DNA from: Octopus bimaculoides
Taxonomy: Eukaryota
Direction of reading: 5' to 3'
DNA: 64,000 nucleotides
Assembly (NCBI RefSeq): GCF_001194135.2
Contig: NC_068997.1
Coordinates: 37,850,984-37,914,983 of the forward strand
Part shown: one piece after another, positions 63,958-64,000 of the stretch
Position numbering within the stretch: position 1 is the first letter of the stretch
Layout of the letters: each line of letters begins with the position of its first letter
Program-made: the position numbers and the translations under genes
The notes under the pieces: generated by a model
The model's input: only the letters and a program-made list of their open reading frames with translations
Database searches by the model: none
What the model was told of the DNA's origin: nothing

Positions 63958-64000
<43 letters not shown>
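63798..64000. repeat. Long (AAT)n with AAC/GAT variants, running to the window end
   Basis: Visible run. Confidence 0.95.

Overview
AT-rich eukaryotic draft-assembly DNA with many N gaps and dense microsatellites. The SINE content suggests an octopod cephalopod, which is my inference. I found no intact host gene, rRNA, tRNA gene or CRISPR array. The window is mostly transposon remnants: many R4/Dong-clade non-LTR retrotransposons (RT plus restriction-like endonuclease, RLE), a HERO-like LINE, Penelope elements, an RTE 5' end, a Gypsy integrase with an LTR, Tc1/mariner and Chapaev3-like DNA transposons, a Helitron fragment, HINE-like elements and two tRNA-derived SINE families. The main pattern is microsatellite-targeted retrotransposition. 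One R4 lineage abuts (AAT)n at nearly every visible junction. A second R4 lineage abuts (ACAT)n. A non-coding ~0.55 kb element with no evident tRNA head (3 copies, 5'-truncated with a shared 3' end) sits in the same (AAT)n arrays and looks like a non-autonomous partner of the R4 machinery. Also notable are four long foldback palindromes (one made from transposase coding sequence), a degenerate HDV-like ribozyme skeleton at an RTE 5' end, a 16-bp minisatellite grown from a transposase HTH, and a possible decayed LRR-GPCR. Element boundaries were read by eye and are approximate unless stated.
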